Shown here: one piece after another, positions 24,585 to 37,466 of the stretch
How the letters are laid out: the number at the start of each line of letters is the position of its first letter
How positions within the stretch are numbered: position 1 is the first letter of the stretch
Assembly (NCBI GenBank): GCA_043228905.1
Contig: JBHGNT010000011.1
Location: forward strand, 2,852,001-2,916,000
From: Azolla caroliniana
Taxonomy: Eukaryota > Plantae > Polypodiophyta
Direction of reading: 5' to 3'
DNA length: 64,000 nt
Translations under genes and position numbers: made by a program
Notes under the pieces: model-generated
What the model saw: only the letters and a program-made list of their open reading frames with translations
The model's database searches: none
What the model was told of the DNA's origin: nothing

Positions 24585-27500
24585 TGTTGAGCGGCAAGCT
24601 CAACCGTATCCGGATCGGCTGAATAAGCCTGAGCCGGATTCGTGAGCCGGTGAGCAAGCGACCTAGTGAGCTGGGGAGTCGGTTAGCCGGATCCCGCAGT
24701 AACCAGAAGCCTAGTAGCAGCCTAGACTACTATGTAGTTAACGTCTCGTAGTTAGTGTCAGACGCTCGTGTGAGCATTGAAGTAGACCGTACTTTTGCCA
24801 GTCCTCTTAGGACTTGTATAAATAGTGTTGTTGAGCATGTTTTATGTACAAAGAACTATTATTGTTTTGTAATAGAATTTTTAACGTTCTGCTCTTTCTC
24901 TGTCTCTCCCGCATACTGTGTATATTCGAGCTCTCCATTAAACCTGCGTTTCTGTGTTTGGTCTTCTATTGCTTCCGCACACTATTCCTTTTACATGGTA
25001 TCAGAGTGCGAGGGTTGAGAACCTCTACAGCCGACATCAGCATCGGAAGACAAACCCTAAGACCCGGTAAGAATAGAAAGAGAAGTGATGGACAGAGGAA
25101 TGGCTAGTTCGCTCCCAGTGGAGAAGCTCGACAAATCCAACTACGCATCTTGGTCGTACAAGATGCACCATTACCTACTTGGGCACAGTTACTAGAGTTA
25201 TGTCGACGGAGCTAACGACACATCACCTGATGCGGCACACAAGGACTTCCTAGTGTGGGAACAAGCGGCAAGCAGAGTGTTGTACTGCTTTGTGTCCAAT
25301 GTCAGAGACCAGCTACTGAGCCATGTCCGAGATGCCAAGACACCAAAAGAAGCTTGGGGAAACCTGAAGACGGTTTTCACGGCAAGCACTACAGCCCGGA
25401 AGCTGCAACTCCGACAGGAGTTGAGCAATGTTCGACAAAAGGACATGTCAGTAGCCGATTGCACAGCCCGAATCAAAGAGATCTGTGACTCACTTGCCTC
25501 TATCAACGTCACTGTAGAGGAAGATGAGATGGTGCAGATCTGTTTTGGGGGCCTAGTGTCTAAGTTCAGAGTGTTCCGAACGGCGGTATGTACAAGGGAG
25601 AATACGTCGTCATATTTTGACTTACAGTCGATGCTCCTTGTAGAGGAGAACCACGCCAGTGCGTCAATAAGTGCACCCACCGACAGCCGGATGATATACA
25701 CGGAGGTGGATTGGCCCCGTGGGCGTGGTGGACGAGACGGGTCGGCTCGCAATGGTAGCGGCCGGCAAGAGCAGGACTGAAGGCACAGAGAACATGCCGA
25801 CAGCAGTTCCGGACCCTCCACAAGCAGGGGGAGTCAAGGTGGTGCCAGAGGCCGGCAAGCAAAGGCAGACACGGAATGTTGGTACTGTGGTAAAAAGGTC
25901 CACAGAAAGTAAGTGTTGGAAGAAACGCGCCGATTCGGACAGATCTAGATCCAGCAAGGCCGGCAAAGAGAACCGGCAATACTTACACTACGCAGAAGGA
26001 TCATGAGGATCCGAAACCGGAAAAGCCAGTAAAGGGCCAACCTTGGTGATGAAACACGAGCCTAACTTGATGAAGAAGATCACTTCCAAATAGGAGGAAG
26101 TGTGGTACGTTGATTCCGGTGCGTCGAATCACATGACGAGCCACAAAGAGTGGTTCTCTTTCTTAGAGAAACCAGAACAACCAGGAGTTGTCGAAACCGG
26201 AGACGGCACTCCACACCCAATCGTGCATGTCGGAGAAGTCCCTTTGAGCCACGTCGGACAGAGGGGGAAGCTGATGAACATATTACACGTTCGGACCATC
26301 ACGAAGAACCTGGTGTCGGTTGGATAGATTGTCGACCAAGGGATGCAGGTGTGGTTTACGCACCTCGGGTGCTTCATCGAGGAGGGCCAAATCATTGCGC
26401 AAGGGCGCAGAGACGGGAGGATGTTTATCCTCAACACCAATGACGTTGGCACCGTTTTGTTCGCCAAAGGATAGAAGATTGAATCAGATATCGATCTGTG
26501 GCACAAGCGGATTGGCCACGTCAATTACCGGAGGCTTCAAGACTTGCAAACGAAACAAGTTGTTTTCGGTTTGCTGAAGTTTAGTGGCCTGAAGGCCCAA
26601 GTATGTGAAGTCTGCCAACTCGGGAAGCAATATTGGCTTCCATTCCCCACTGAATGAAACTGGAGCCCTAACAAGCTCGATCTAATCCATTCGGATGTAT
26701 GGGGACCGACACAGAACATGAGTCTTGGCGGGAGTCGATATTTCGTCTCTTTCATCGATGACTACAGCCGGCACACATGGATCTACCTCATTGAGCGGAA
26801 GAGCGACGTCTTCGAGTGTTTCCGAAACTTGCAAAGCCTGGTTGAACGGGAAACGGAGAGGAAGATCAAGTGTCTGCAGTCGGATGGAGGAAAAGAATAT
26901 TTTTCCAACCAATTCAATAGTTATCTGTAGCAAAAAGGAATCCGGCGAGAGTTCAGCTGCAAATACACACCGGAACAGAACGGTGTGGCCGAGACGAAGA
27001 ATCGGTCGATTATCGACGCAACAAGGGCGATGTTAGAGGAGAAGAGCATGCCTAAATTCTACTGGGCTGAGGCGGTCTAGACGGCTATCTATATCCAAAA
27101 CCGGATCGATGACAAGGTGTCTGTGCATGAGCTATATTTCGGGCGCAAGCCGAATTTGAGACACCTTCGGATATTCGGTAGCATAGCATATGTGCATGTG
27201 CCGGATGAGAAGCGGAGGAAGTTGGATGCAAAGTCGGAGAAATGCATCCTGGTCGGTTACTCGCATGAGCAAAAGGGGTATAAGTGTTATAACCCCTGGA
27301 CGAAGTAGGTCCGAGTTAGCCAGGATATTGAGTTTGATGAGACGGCATCATGGTATGTCTTACTGTCTCCGACTTCCGACCCCGACCCAATACCGGAGGA
27401 TGAGGCTAGTGAGCTTGAACCGCTCCAGTTAGAAGACGAGGGGTTTGAGACTCTAGATAAGATTCCGGACTCGTTTCGGTTGAGCGGGCCGAACGAGCGA

Positions 27501-30431
27501 CTGGGTCTGTCAGACCAGTCAGATGATGAACCAGCGAGAGGTGGAGACTCTGTTGTGCTCTCCCCGCGCAAGGAAACGAGGAGACGGTTCACACGCAAGG
27601 AGAAGGGGAAGAAGAAGATGTTGGAACACGAGACCAGCAATGGTGAGTCAGATCGGAGCGGATCCGACTCCGGTAAGGAAGAAGGCGGATCTTCGGGAAC
27701 GAAGACCGAACCGGCCAAGAAGGGCCCCAAACCGGGTAACGGTAAGTTATGTCGATCTTCCTGCTAGAAGAACCCCGTGAAGCGGTACGGGTACAATGAG
27801 TACATGGTCCATCACTATGCATATATGACCAAGGTGGTGGAAGTGCATGAGTCGGAGAGCTATGCAGAAGCAGCAAAGGACACAAATTGGCGTGCCGATA
27901 TGGAGGAAGAAATGCGGGCACTTGATGCCAACGACACATGGAACCTAGTTGGCCCTCCCCGACACTGTAAACCGATCGGATGTAAGTGGGTGTACAAGGT
28001 AAAGTATAATGCCGACGGTTCGGTTAACCGGTACAAGGCCCGGTTAGTGGCGAAGGGATACGCGCAGACCCACGTAATTGACTACGACGAGACCTTCGCT
28101 CCGGTAGCGAAGATGACGACGGTTTGTGTGGTGCTGGTGGTTGCTACGGCAAGGGGGTGGCATCTTCACTAGATGGTTGTGAAGAATGCATTTCTTCAAG
28201 GCGATCTTGAAGAAGAGTTCTTTATGACCCAACCCCCCGGTTTCCAATCGGAGATGAACAAGTTGGCGGTATGCTGGCTGAAGAAATCACTTTATGGCCT
28301 GAAGCAAGCCCCCCGAGCTTGGAATGCGAAGATCACGCACCGGTTGCGTAAGATGGGGTTTGCGGCCTCCAAGTCCGACTCTTCATTGTTCATCCGGCAA
28401 GGTCCAGACGGTCTGCTTTGCATCTTGCTATATGTTGATGATCTAGTCATCACCGGACCCGAACTCGATGAAATCAGCCGAGTCAAGTCCCAACTATCGG
28501 ACGTATTTGAGATGAAGGACCTAGGGGACCTTCACTATTTCCTTGGGATCAAGGTGATCCGAACCCCCGACGACATATTGCTCTCACAAAGACATTATGT
28601 GTTGAATATGTTGTACAAGTTCGGCATGACGGAATGCCGACCGATCTCCACACCCCTGGACCGGAACCAGAAGCTCCATCCCGACTCCGGACCGGCCTGC
28701 GATGAGAAGCAGTTCCGACAAATCGTCGGAAGCCTTATATATTTGACAATCACCCGACCTGACATCAGTTATCCAGTCAGCATGATCTGCCAATATATGC
28801 AGAAGCCGACCATGGAGCACCTTCTGTGCGCGCATCGAATTTTATGATATGTGAGCAGCACGAAGGACCGGGGACTGTTATACCGGCATGGTATAACCGA
28901 AGAGCTTGTCGGCTACACCGATTCCGACTGGGCCGGTGATGCATCGGATCGCCGATCCACCTCCCGCTATATGTTTTCCCTTGGTAGTGCGGCTGTTGCG
29001 TGGAGTAGCAAAAAGCAGCTAACAATGGCCCTTTCGAGCACTGAGGCTGAATACCGGGGCGCTACCATTGCCACCTGTGAAACCATTTAGCTTCGGCGAC
29101 TGCTGCAAGACTTGCGGATCGAGGTGCCGACCCCGAACCTGATCTACTGAGACAACATCAGCAACATACAGCTCACCAAGAACCTCGTATTCCATGCTCG
29201 TACAAAGCACATAGAAGTGCACTACCACTTCATGCGTGAGCGTGTCCTGAGCGGTGAAGTCGAACTTCGGTATGTTTATACGGACCGGCAAGTTGCCGAC
29301 ATCTTCACCAAACCGCTCGGATCGGACAAGTTGCAACACTTCACCAAAATGCTTGGTCTTCAGCATCTCAACGTGCCACACTTGAGGGGGAGAACAGGCA
29401 AAGACACAGGAACAGGCAAAGGCAAAGAGACTGTCGATTGTGCCGGTAAGGGAAGAACCGACAAGGAGAGAGACAAGAAGAAGAAAGGAGTCGAGTCGAC
29501 AAAGGAAGTTGACACATCTGAACAAGTCGACATGGAGAAGGACAGAGTCAAGAAGGACAAAGCCGATAGGAAGAAGAAGGCCAAGACCTGGACATGGTCT
29601 GATGTGGTGAAGGGCCTGGAGCCGGAAGTCGAATCGGGAGCAACCGATTCGGACAAGAGCTGGAACAAGTTGGAGACACCCGATTCAGTACAACAGACGG
29701 ATTCGGAAGAACCGGATCAATTCAAGGCCAAGAGGACTAGAAGGCAGCGAAAGTCGACGCCAACACGAAGGAATCGGCGAATCGGCAAGCGCCGAAGTCA
29801 CAGCAGCGAGGGAGCTGAGTTGGGCCTGTTGAGTAGACAAGCCGACCGAGGAGATCGAGGTGCGCGGAATCAAAAGGGTCGCGGCAAACGGGACCGGACC
29901 GGACGAGGAGCGCAAGCGAGGCGGAGTGACGCCAGAAGGAGCCGGGCGGAAGGACCGGCTGCCATGGAGACTAACACTACAATCCGACCTCAAGTTGAGC
30001 TTGAGGGGGAGTGTTGAGCGGCAAGATCAATCGGATCCGGATCAACATCCGGAAGGATGAGCCGGATCGGTGAGCCGGTGAGCAAGCGAGCCAGTGAGCT
30101 GGGGAGCTGGGGAGCCAGTTAGCCAGATCCAACAGTAACCGAAAGCCTAGTAGCAGCCTAGACTACTAGGTAGTTAACGTCTCATAGTTAGTGTCTAACG
30201 CTTGTGCAAGCATTGAAGTACACCGTACTTATGTCAGTCCTCTTAGGACTTGTATAAATAGTGTTGTTGAGCACATTTTATGTACAGAGAACTATTATTG
30301 TTTTGTAATAGAATTTTTAACGTTTTGCTCTTTCTCTGTCTCTCCCGCGTACTATGTATATTCCAGCTCTCCATTAAACCTGCGTTTCTGTGTTTGGTCT
30401 TCTATTGCTTCTGCACGTTATTCCTTTTACA
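24585..30431 (+). mobile_element. Copia element 3, full length, nested antisense in element 2; LTRs 24585-24995 and 30012-30431
   Basis: TG...CA LTRs; TSD CTTCT/CTTCT; PBS TGGTATCAGAG 24996-25006; PPT 30001-30011. Confidence 0.96.
25100..30017 (+). pseudogene. Element 3 gag-pol; many stops, but RNase H end plus basic tail open (29217-30017)
   Basis: MASSLPVEKLDKSNYASWSYKM, WYVDSGAS, FIDDYSRHTWIY, LYVDDL, DRQVADIFTKPL, tail ending QVELEGEC. Confidence 0.95.
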
Positions 30432-31911
30432 CTTCTGATCCTTCCGTGTTGTGCAAGCTTTGCCGGTTTTCCCGACCGGCTTTGCCGGATCCGGATTTGT
30501 CCGAATCGGCACGCTTCTTCCAACACTCGCTCTCCCTGTGGCCTTTCTTGCCACAGTACCAGCATTCCGTGTTGGCCTTTCCTTGCCGGTTTCCAGCACT
30601 GTTATGACTCCCCCTGCTTGTGGAGGGTCCGGAACTGCTGTTGGCACTGTCTCTGTCCCTTCGGTTCGGCTCTTGCCGGTCGTCTCCATTGTGTGCCGAC
30701 CCACCTCGTCCTCCACACCCACGGGACCGATCCGCCTCCGTGAACAGCATCCGGTTGTCCGATTGAGTTTTCTTCGACCATCAACATTTATTGTAAGCCG
30801 AAGAAGGGCAGTGGCTTCTCCCGGGTGCAAATTGCCATCTAGATTGGCCCGTACCGTTGTGCTAGACCACCAAGGCAGATTTGAACCATCTCGTCTTCGT
30901 CCACCGTCACGTTGATGGACCCAAGCACGTCGTAAATCTCCTTTATCTTAGTGGTTTAGTCCATAACTGACATATCTCTTTGCCGGATGTTGTTTAGCTC
31001 TTGCCGAAGCTGCAACTTACGGATTGTGGTACTCGCGGCGAAAATCTTCTGAAGATTTTCCCAAGCCTCCTTCGGCGTTTTTGCATCCTAGATGTAGCCG
31101 AGCATCAGATCATGCACACATGAGGCGAGGCAATACAAAACTCGCCTCGCTCCTTGCTCCCATGCCAAGAAGTCCTTGTGTGCCGACTCCGATGCTACCT
31201 CGTTGGTTCCTTCCACATAGCTCCAATATCCATGCCCCAACAGGTACTAGTGCATTTTATATGACCATGATGCATAGTTGCTATGATCGAGCTTTTCCTT
31301 TGGAAGTGAACTTGCCATTCCTCTGTCCATCTTAGGTTCTTTTCTGTTCTTCACCGGGTGTTAGGGTTTGTCTTCACTAGTCACTCGTCGGCTACGGAGG
31401 TTCTCAACGCTCGCGCTTTGATACCATGTGAAAGTTAGTGTGTGGAAGTTTATGCCAAACCGGCTCTGCCGGATAGTAACAGTAAAGAGAAGAAGGTTTA
31501 ATGGAAGCTTAACATAGAGAATAAGCATACACATGAGAGAGAGACAGAGCATAACATAAACCTCTATTCAAAATAATACTCTCAATATTCTGTCCATAGA
31601 ATGTGCTTAGAGAGCACTTTTATATATGTCTATAAAGGATTGACAGGTACTTCAATGCTCACATGAGCGACTATCATTGACTCCCAAAAATACGCCTACA
31701 TACTAGGCTGGATCCGTAGGCCTCTAACAGCCTACCAATTTCAATACGATCCGGGTCTCCGATCCGGCTCCTGGTTCCAGATATCATCCGGACACCGATC
31801 CGGATCCGGTTGACCTTGCTCGCTCAACAAGTTGGTTACGAACAGAGGGCAACATGAGGATTAGGGTTTACGTCAACCAGAGAGGGAGAGAGTCTGAGTG
31901 AGAGACAAAAG

Positions 31912-31943
<32 letters not shown>

Positions 31944-32208
31944 TTATATTATCGTCTTCGGAGGTCAAAGAGTGAGAGAGAGAGAGAGATGCACGCTATC
32001 TTGGGTACAAAGAGTGTACCACTTTTTTTGTTTTTAGATATTATGTATATACAAGTCAAAAATGCGCTACGAGTGCATTCACAATCGTGCACTAATAAAA
32101 GGCACGATGTTCCTTTATTCCCAACAACCTCCCACCTAAAGGCAATGTGTCATGAGAAAAAAAGAAGTCAGCTAAGTTCAAGTATGAACAAAGCTGAACT
32201 ACATACAT

Positions 32209-35200
32209 TTATACAGCTCCCGTCATCAATCGGCGATGAGCAAATCGCTCAATTGGAAGACCCTTCGTGAGAAGATCTGCAAGATTATCATTTGTATGTA
32301 CTTTGCCAAGCTGAATGTTCGTGTTGTCAAGTACATCTCTGATGAAGTGATACTTCACCTGTATGTGCTTCGTCTTTGCATGAAAGTCGGGATTCCGAGC
32401 TAACATGATAGCACTCTAGCTGTCACAATGAAGAATAAGTAATTTTGTGATGCCAAGATCTCTCACTAGAAATGAAAGCCATAAAGCCTCTTTGCATGCC
32501 TCAATGGCAACAACATACTCTACCTCTGTAGTAGACAATGCAACACACTTTTGTAGTTTGGAGATCCAAGAGACAGCTCCTTCTGTGAAAGTAAACACTT
32601 ACCCAGAAGTAGACTTTTATAGTTCGCATAACCAGCATAGTCTGCATCCGTAAAACCAACAACAGATGCATTCTGCTTTCCAAAGCAAATGCACAAGTCC
32701 TTTGTGCCTTTGAGGTATCTCATAATACGTTTCACCTCTTCCCAATGCTTTTTGTCAGGATTTGACATGTACCTACTAACCACTCCCATTATAAAAGCAA
32801 TATCAGGGCGTGTAACAACCATTGCATATATCAAACTGCCAACGGTTGAAGCATATGGAACCTTAGCCATTTCAGCCTTCTCATCATCAGACGTAGGGTT
32901 GTCTTCTGCACTAAGTTTAAAATATGGAGGCAATGGAGCCCCAATTGTTTTCCCCCCCTCCATATTGAAACGCTGCAAAACCTTAGAGATATACTCCTAT
33001 TGAGATAGAAAGAGTACCCCTTTCGACCGGTTTCGGAGTATTCACATGCCAAGGATGTGATTTGCATCACCAAGATCCTTCATATCAAAATTGTCATGAA
33101 GGATTTGCTTCAATGAATCCAAGGCATGAATATCCTTGCCAACAATCAACATACAAAACCAAGATAATTAGGTTGTCATCTCCTGCCTTCTTGGTGTACA
33201 AGCAGTGGTCCACTTGACTTCTACGAAAACCTTGAGACTGCATAAATGTATCAAATTCCCTAAACCCTAAACCCTAAACAAATACAAACTCCTTTTGAGC
33301 TTACAAACCATCTTCTCTTTGCCTTTAGCCACAAAACCTTCAGGTTGCTGCATATATATGTCTTCATGCAGATCGTCTTGTAAAAAGCCAGTCTTCACAT
33401 CCATTTGTATGAGCTTGATATCTTCAGCTACAACTAGGCCCAAAACAGTTCTTAATGTAGTCATCTTAACTACAGGAGAGAAGATCTCATCAAAATCAAC
33501 TCCATATTCTTGCTTGTATCCTTTTATAACCAATCTTGCTTTGTACTTTGGTGAGGAATCAAAACTGACCTTCATTTTATAAACCCATTTGCATGGAAGT
33601 GTTTTCTGCCCTTTGGGCAACTGCACCAAATCCCAAGTGTCATTTTTCTCAAGAGATTCTATCTCTGACAACATGGCTTTATACCATTTCTTATTGTCAT
33701 GTCTGTCCATTGCTTCCTTGAAGCAAGACGGTTCGCCACAATCGGTCACCATGACATAATCAGCCACACAATTTGCATCAGGAACAAATCTGTCAGGTTG
33801 TCTAGTAACTCTAGACGATCTCCTAACCCAATGTGCATTGTTTGGTAGTTGTTGAGCCTACAAATCATCATTTTCAACTTGTTGTCCAGGCATTTCAGCC
33901 TGCAAATCAGCATTAACAGATTGTTGTTCTAGTTGTTCCTACACATTTGGTGGCTCATCATTATGGGCAAAGGCTGGCTAATCATTTCCAACCTCATTTT
34001 TTCAATTTGCAGGTAAGTTTACAACAGGTGTTTGCTACTATACAACGGGCACATTTTCTAGTCTAAAAGGTATTTCTTCTCGAAATACAGTCCTTTCGGG
34101 TTGTTTATACATGCAATTTTCCTAGAAGATAACATCATTGTTGCATACTAGTTTTCTTTTCTCGGGATCCCACAATCTATACCCCATTTCACCGTATCCT
34201 AGGAAAATACATTTGTAGGACTTTGGCTCAAGTTTGTTGCGTTCTTCTTTACAAATGTGCACAAAATCCTCACAGCCAAACACTCTCAAGTGAGCATATG
34301 AAGGTGGCTTGGCTAACCACGCTTCTTGGGGTATTCACCCTCCCAAAAACCTATTAGGTGACCGATTAATCAAGTGAACATTTGTCATAACGGCCTCTAC
34401 CCAAAAACCATGGGGTAATGCAACATGAGACAACATAGTACAGACCCTATCTTGAATAGTTCGATTCATACGCTCTACAACTCCATTTTGGGGTGGATTA
34501 TAAGGGGTAGTGAGTTCCCTCTTTATCCCTTTGCTGTCACAAAATGCTTGAAAGGCCTTGGACACATATTCCCCACCATTGTCAGAGCGAAGGCACTTAA
34601 GTGTCTTATCAATTTGATTCTCAACTAATGCAAAAAATGTTCGAAACTTGTCGAGCACTTCATCCTTGCTACGAATAAGGTAAACCCATACCTTCCGTGT
34701 AGCATCATCGACAAAAGTGACTAAGTATTTCTTTCCCCCTAATGATAGCCGTGACATCTGACATACATCTGAATGTACTAACTCAAGCGGGGAAGATTTC
34801 AGCCAAAGAGACTTTTTATGAGATGTTTGTACATGTTTACCATAAATGCAATGATCACAATGCTCAAAATCAACATAACGAAGACATGGCAAGTAACCCA
34901 AATGAGAAAGTACTTTCATACCAATTTCACTCATGTGGGACTCATGTGTCCCAACTGGCCATGCCACAAAGAAACACTTGGCTGCTTGGTTATGGCAACA
35001 ACATGGTCACTCACACTTGATACATGGAGAGGATACAAAGTATCACTTTTACTACCCTTGGCAATAACTCTAGACCCCTTACAAACCTTCCATTTCCCAT
35101 CACCAAAGGTGGTGTGAAATCCATCATCATCTAGTTGTCTTGTGCTAATCAAGCTCTTCTTGAGCTGAGGTACATACCGTAGATGTTGAAGTGTGAAAGC

Positions 35201-36298
35201 AGAACCATGCTGAAATTGTAATTGCATAGTACCAATACCTACAATTTCACATGCATAGTTGTCCCCAAGATGGACAACACCATGTCGACCCTCTGTGTAA
35301 TCTGAAAACCACTCACGATGAGGGGTGACGTGAAAAGAAGCATCGGAATCGAGTATCCAAGTGTGCATGTCATCATCCGTATCTACAAGTAAAGCATGTT
35401 CTCTATGGTATGAAGAGACAAAGAGTACATCATTTCCACTATCACTGTCATGAGTGACTACATTCACCTCTTCAATTTTAGTATTGCTTTTCCTTGGTTG
35501 AATGTCTCTCTTTTCTTCTATGCAATCATCTATCTTCTTGCCCTTTCCTTTCTCTTTCTTCCATTTGAAACAATCACATTTAAAGTGACCCTTTTTGCCA
35601 CAATGATGGCATTCTACATCTTTACCACATGATTTACTACGGCCATAACTATCAGATTTGCCTCTTTGTTGTGACCTACCTCTAGTATGCAACACACTAA
35701 AGGACTTATTGGATGTATTATTCTGCTGACTCATCTTTTCCATGAGTAGAGAACTCTCTACATCGGCATAAAGAAGCATCGCATTTGAATTGCTCATAGC
35801 AGTCCTGAAAGTATCCAAACTTTCTAGCAAGGTGCAAAGTAAAAACGTGGTCTTAAACTCATCATCAATGATGAATTTCAAGGCAACCAACTGGCTGAAA
35901 ATGGAATTGAACTCACTTAGGTGAGTTGACATGGGTGTGCCCTCTATCATGCGCAAATCCATGAGTTTCTTAAGCCAATAAACTTTGCCAGTTGTCGTCT
36001 TCTGGGCATACAGTTCCTCGAGTCTAGTCCATATAGAATAGGCAAAGTCCAAACCTTCAATATTAAACAGCAAGGCATCAGGAGTTGACAACTCAATAGT
36101 CGAGTGTGCAAGCTCGTTCAACTCTTGCCAATCATCTTGGTCTATATATGTAGGCTTTACCCCTTTGACTTTAATAGGCTTTCCATGCTTCTTCTTCAGC
36201 AGGATGTTGTAGCATTGTTTTTTCTATACTGCAAAGTTATGTGCACCCTCAAGCTTCTTGATGTGCATGAGGTGGCTACTATCATTGTTTTTAGTCAT
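32209..36298 (-). pseudogene. Element 4 gag-pol with stops and frameshifts
   Basis: CHHCGKKGHFKCDC, WILDSDASFHVTP, LVHSDVC, LRSDNGGEY, QNGVVERMNRT, CKWVYK, FHAKTKHIQVKYHFIRD. Confidence 0.95.
33258..33279. repeat. Interstitial plant telomeric repeat (CCCTAAA)3 inside element 4 RT
   Basis: ccctaaaccctaaaccctaaac. Confidence 0.9.
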
Positions 36299-37466
36299 GA
36301 TTTCTTAGCCCAAAAAGGAGGATCAAACCTACTCTGCAGAAAACTTGACCTACTCTCCAGAAGAAAAAAAAAACCTACTCCGCAAAAAAACGTGACCTAC
36401 TCTCTCCAGTTAAAAAAAGACATACTTTGCAAAAAAACGTGACCTGCTCTGTAGAAAAAAAAAATTGCTTTGCAAGAAAATAAAACATTGCTTACTCTAA
36501 CCTGCTCTGCTTTGATACCGCTTTGAAGGGCAACACGAGGATTAGGGTTTAGGTCAACCAGAGAGGGAGAGAGTTTGAGTGAGAAACAAAGGGAGGGAGA
36601 GAGAGATGCACATTGTCTTGGGTACAAATAGTGTACCACTTTTTTGTGTTTTAGATATTATGTATATACAAATAAAAAATATGCTACAAGTGTGTTCACA
36701 CTCCTGCACTAATAAAAGGCACAATGACCCTTTATTCCCAACACAGTGGGTTGAGTGCAGTCAGCTGGCTCACTCAAATTCGTTCTAGCCGGATTTTGAG
36801 ACGAGTTTGTCGATTGATTAACCAATTGGATTTTGAATGGCAGTTGGGTACCAAACTTGCTCGGAGTGGCTACGGTGAGTGGAGGGACAAAACTTATTGT
36901 TCTTCTAGAATAACACTTAGTCGTATTGAGCACAATAAACTGCCAGTCCAATTCCGATTGCCGATTTCAAGGGGCCAATCATAGATTATGTGCCATTTGT
37001 GCCGGATTTCCATGCTTCGGGTGACCACAACGACAAGAGGGACAAATCCGACTAGTCTTTCTGAATGTCTTCTGGTCGAATGAAGCACGGATGGGGGTTG
37101 TTCCTGGGGCCAAATTTGCTTTGAGTAGTTTACGATGAGTGAGTGGACATTGCCGGATGGCCTGATCAAATGCTGTCTAGCTTGATGAAGCACGATTTAA
37201 GGTCAAATCGATGGAAAGACCTCACTTTGAGTGTGCTACAATCACGAGGGTGAAGTACAACCAGTTGGCCTACTTCAAGAGTGATTTAGCTCAATGAAGT
37301 GTCGGCTTTCCAAGTGTTTCTTCTTTAGAAAGGTGATCTCGTGGGGAGTTTTTGGCCAAAAGATTTTAATCCGATTGAAATCTCAAAAGTTGTAAGATCT
37401 TCAAGGGGGTGAAGGCAAGAGTGCTATTGAAGACAAAAGACGGCCGATAGCAAAATACATAAACAA

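Larger units (their letters stand above)
19419..31829 (-). mobile_element. Copia element 2 (same family as 1 and 3), carrying a nested solo LTR and element 3; LTRs 31427-31829 (5') and 19419-19875 (3')
   Basis: TSD AGTTG/AGTTG; PBS TGGTATCAAAGC 31415-31426; PPT after 19875; degenerate gag-pol 19870-31318. Confidence 0.95.
31843..36743 (-). mobile_element. Copia element 4 (Tork-like); LTRs 36524-36743 (5') and ~31843-32126 (3')
   Basis: Matching LTRs (agggcaaca.gaggattagggttta...tttattcccaaca); PBS 36509-36520; PPT 32127-32137; TSD cagtg appears partly deleted on the left side. Confidence 0.92.
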
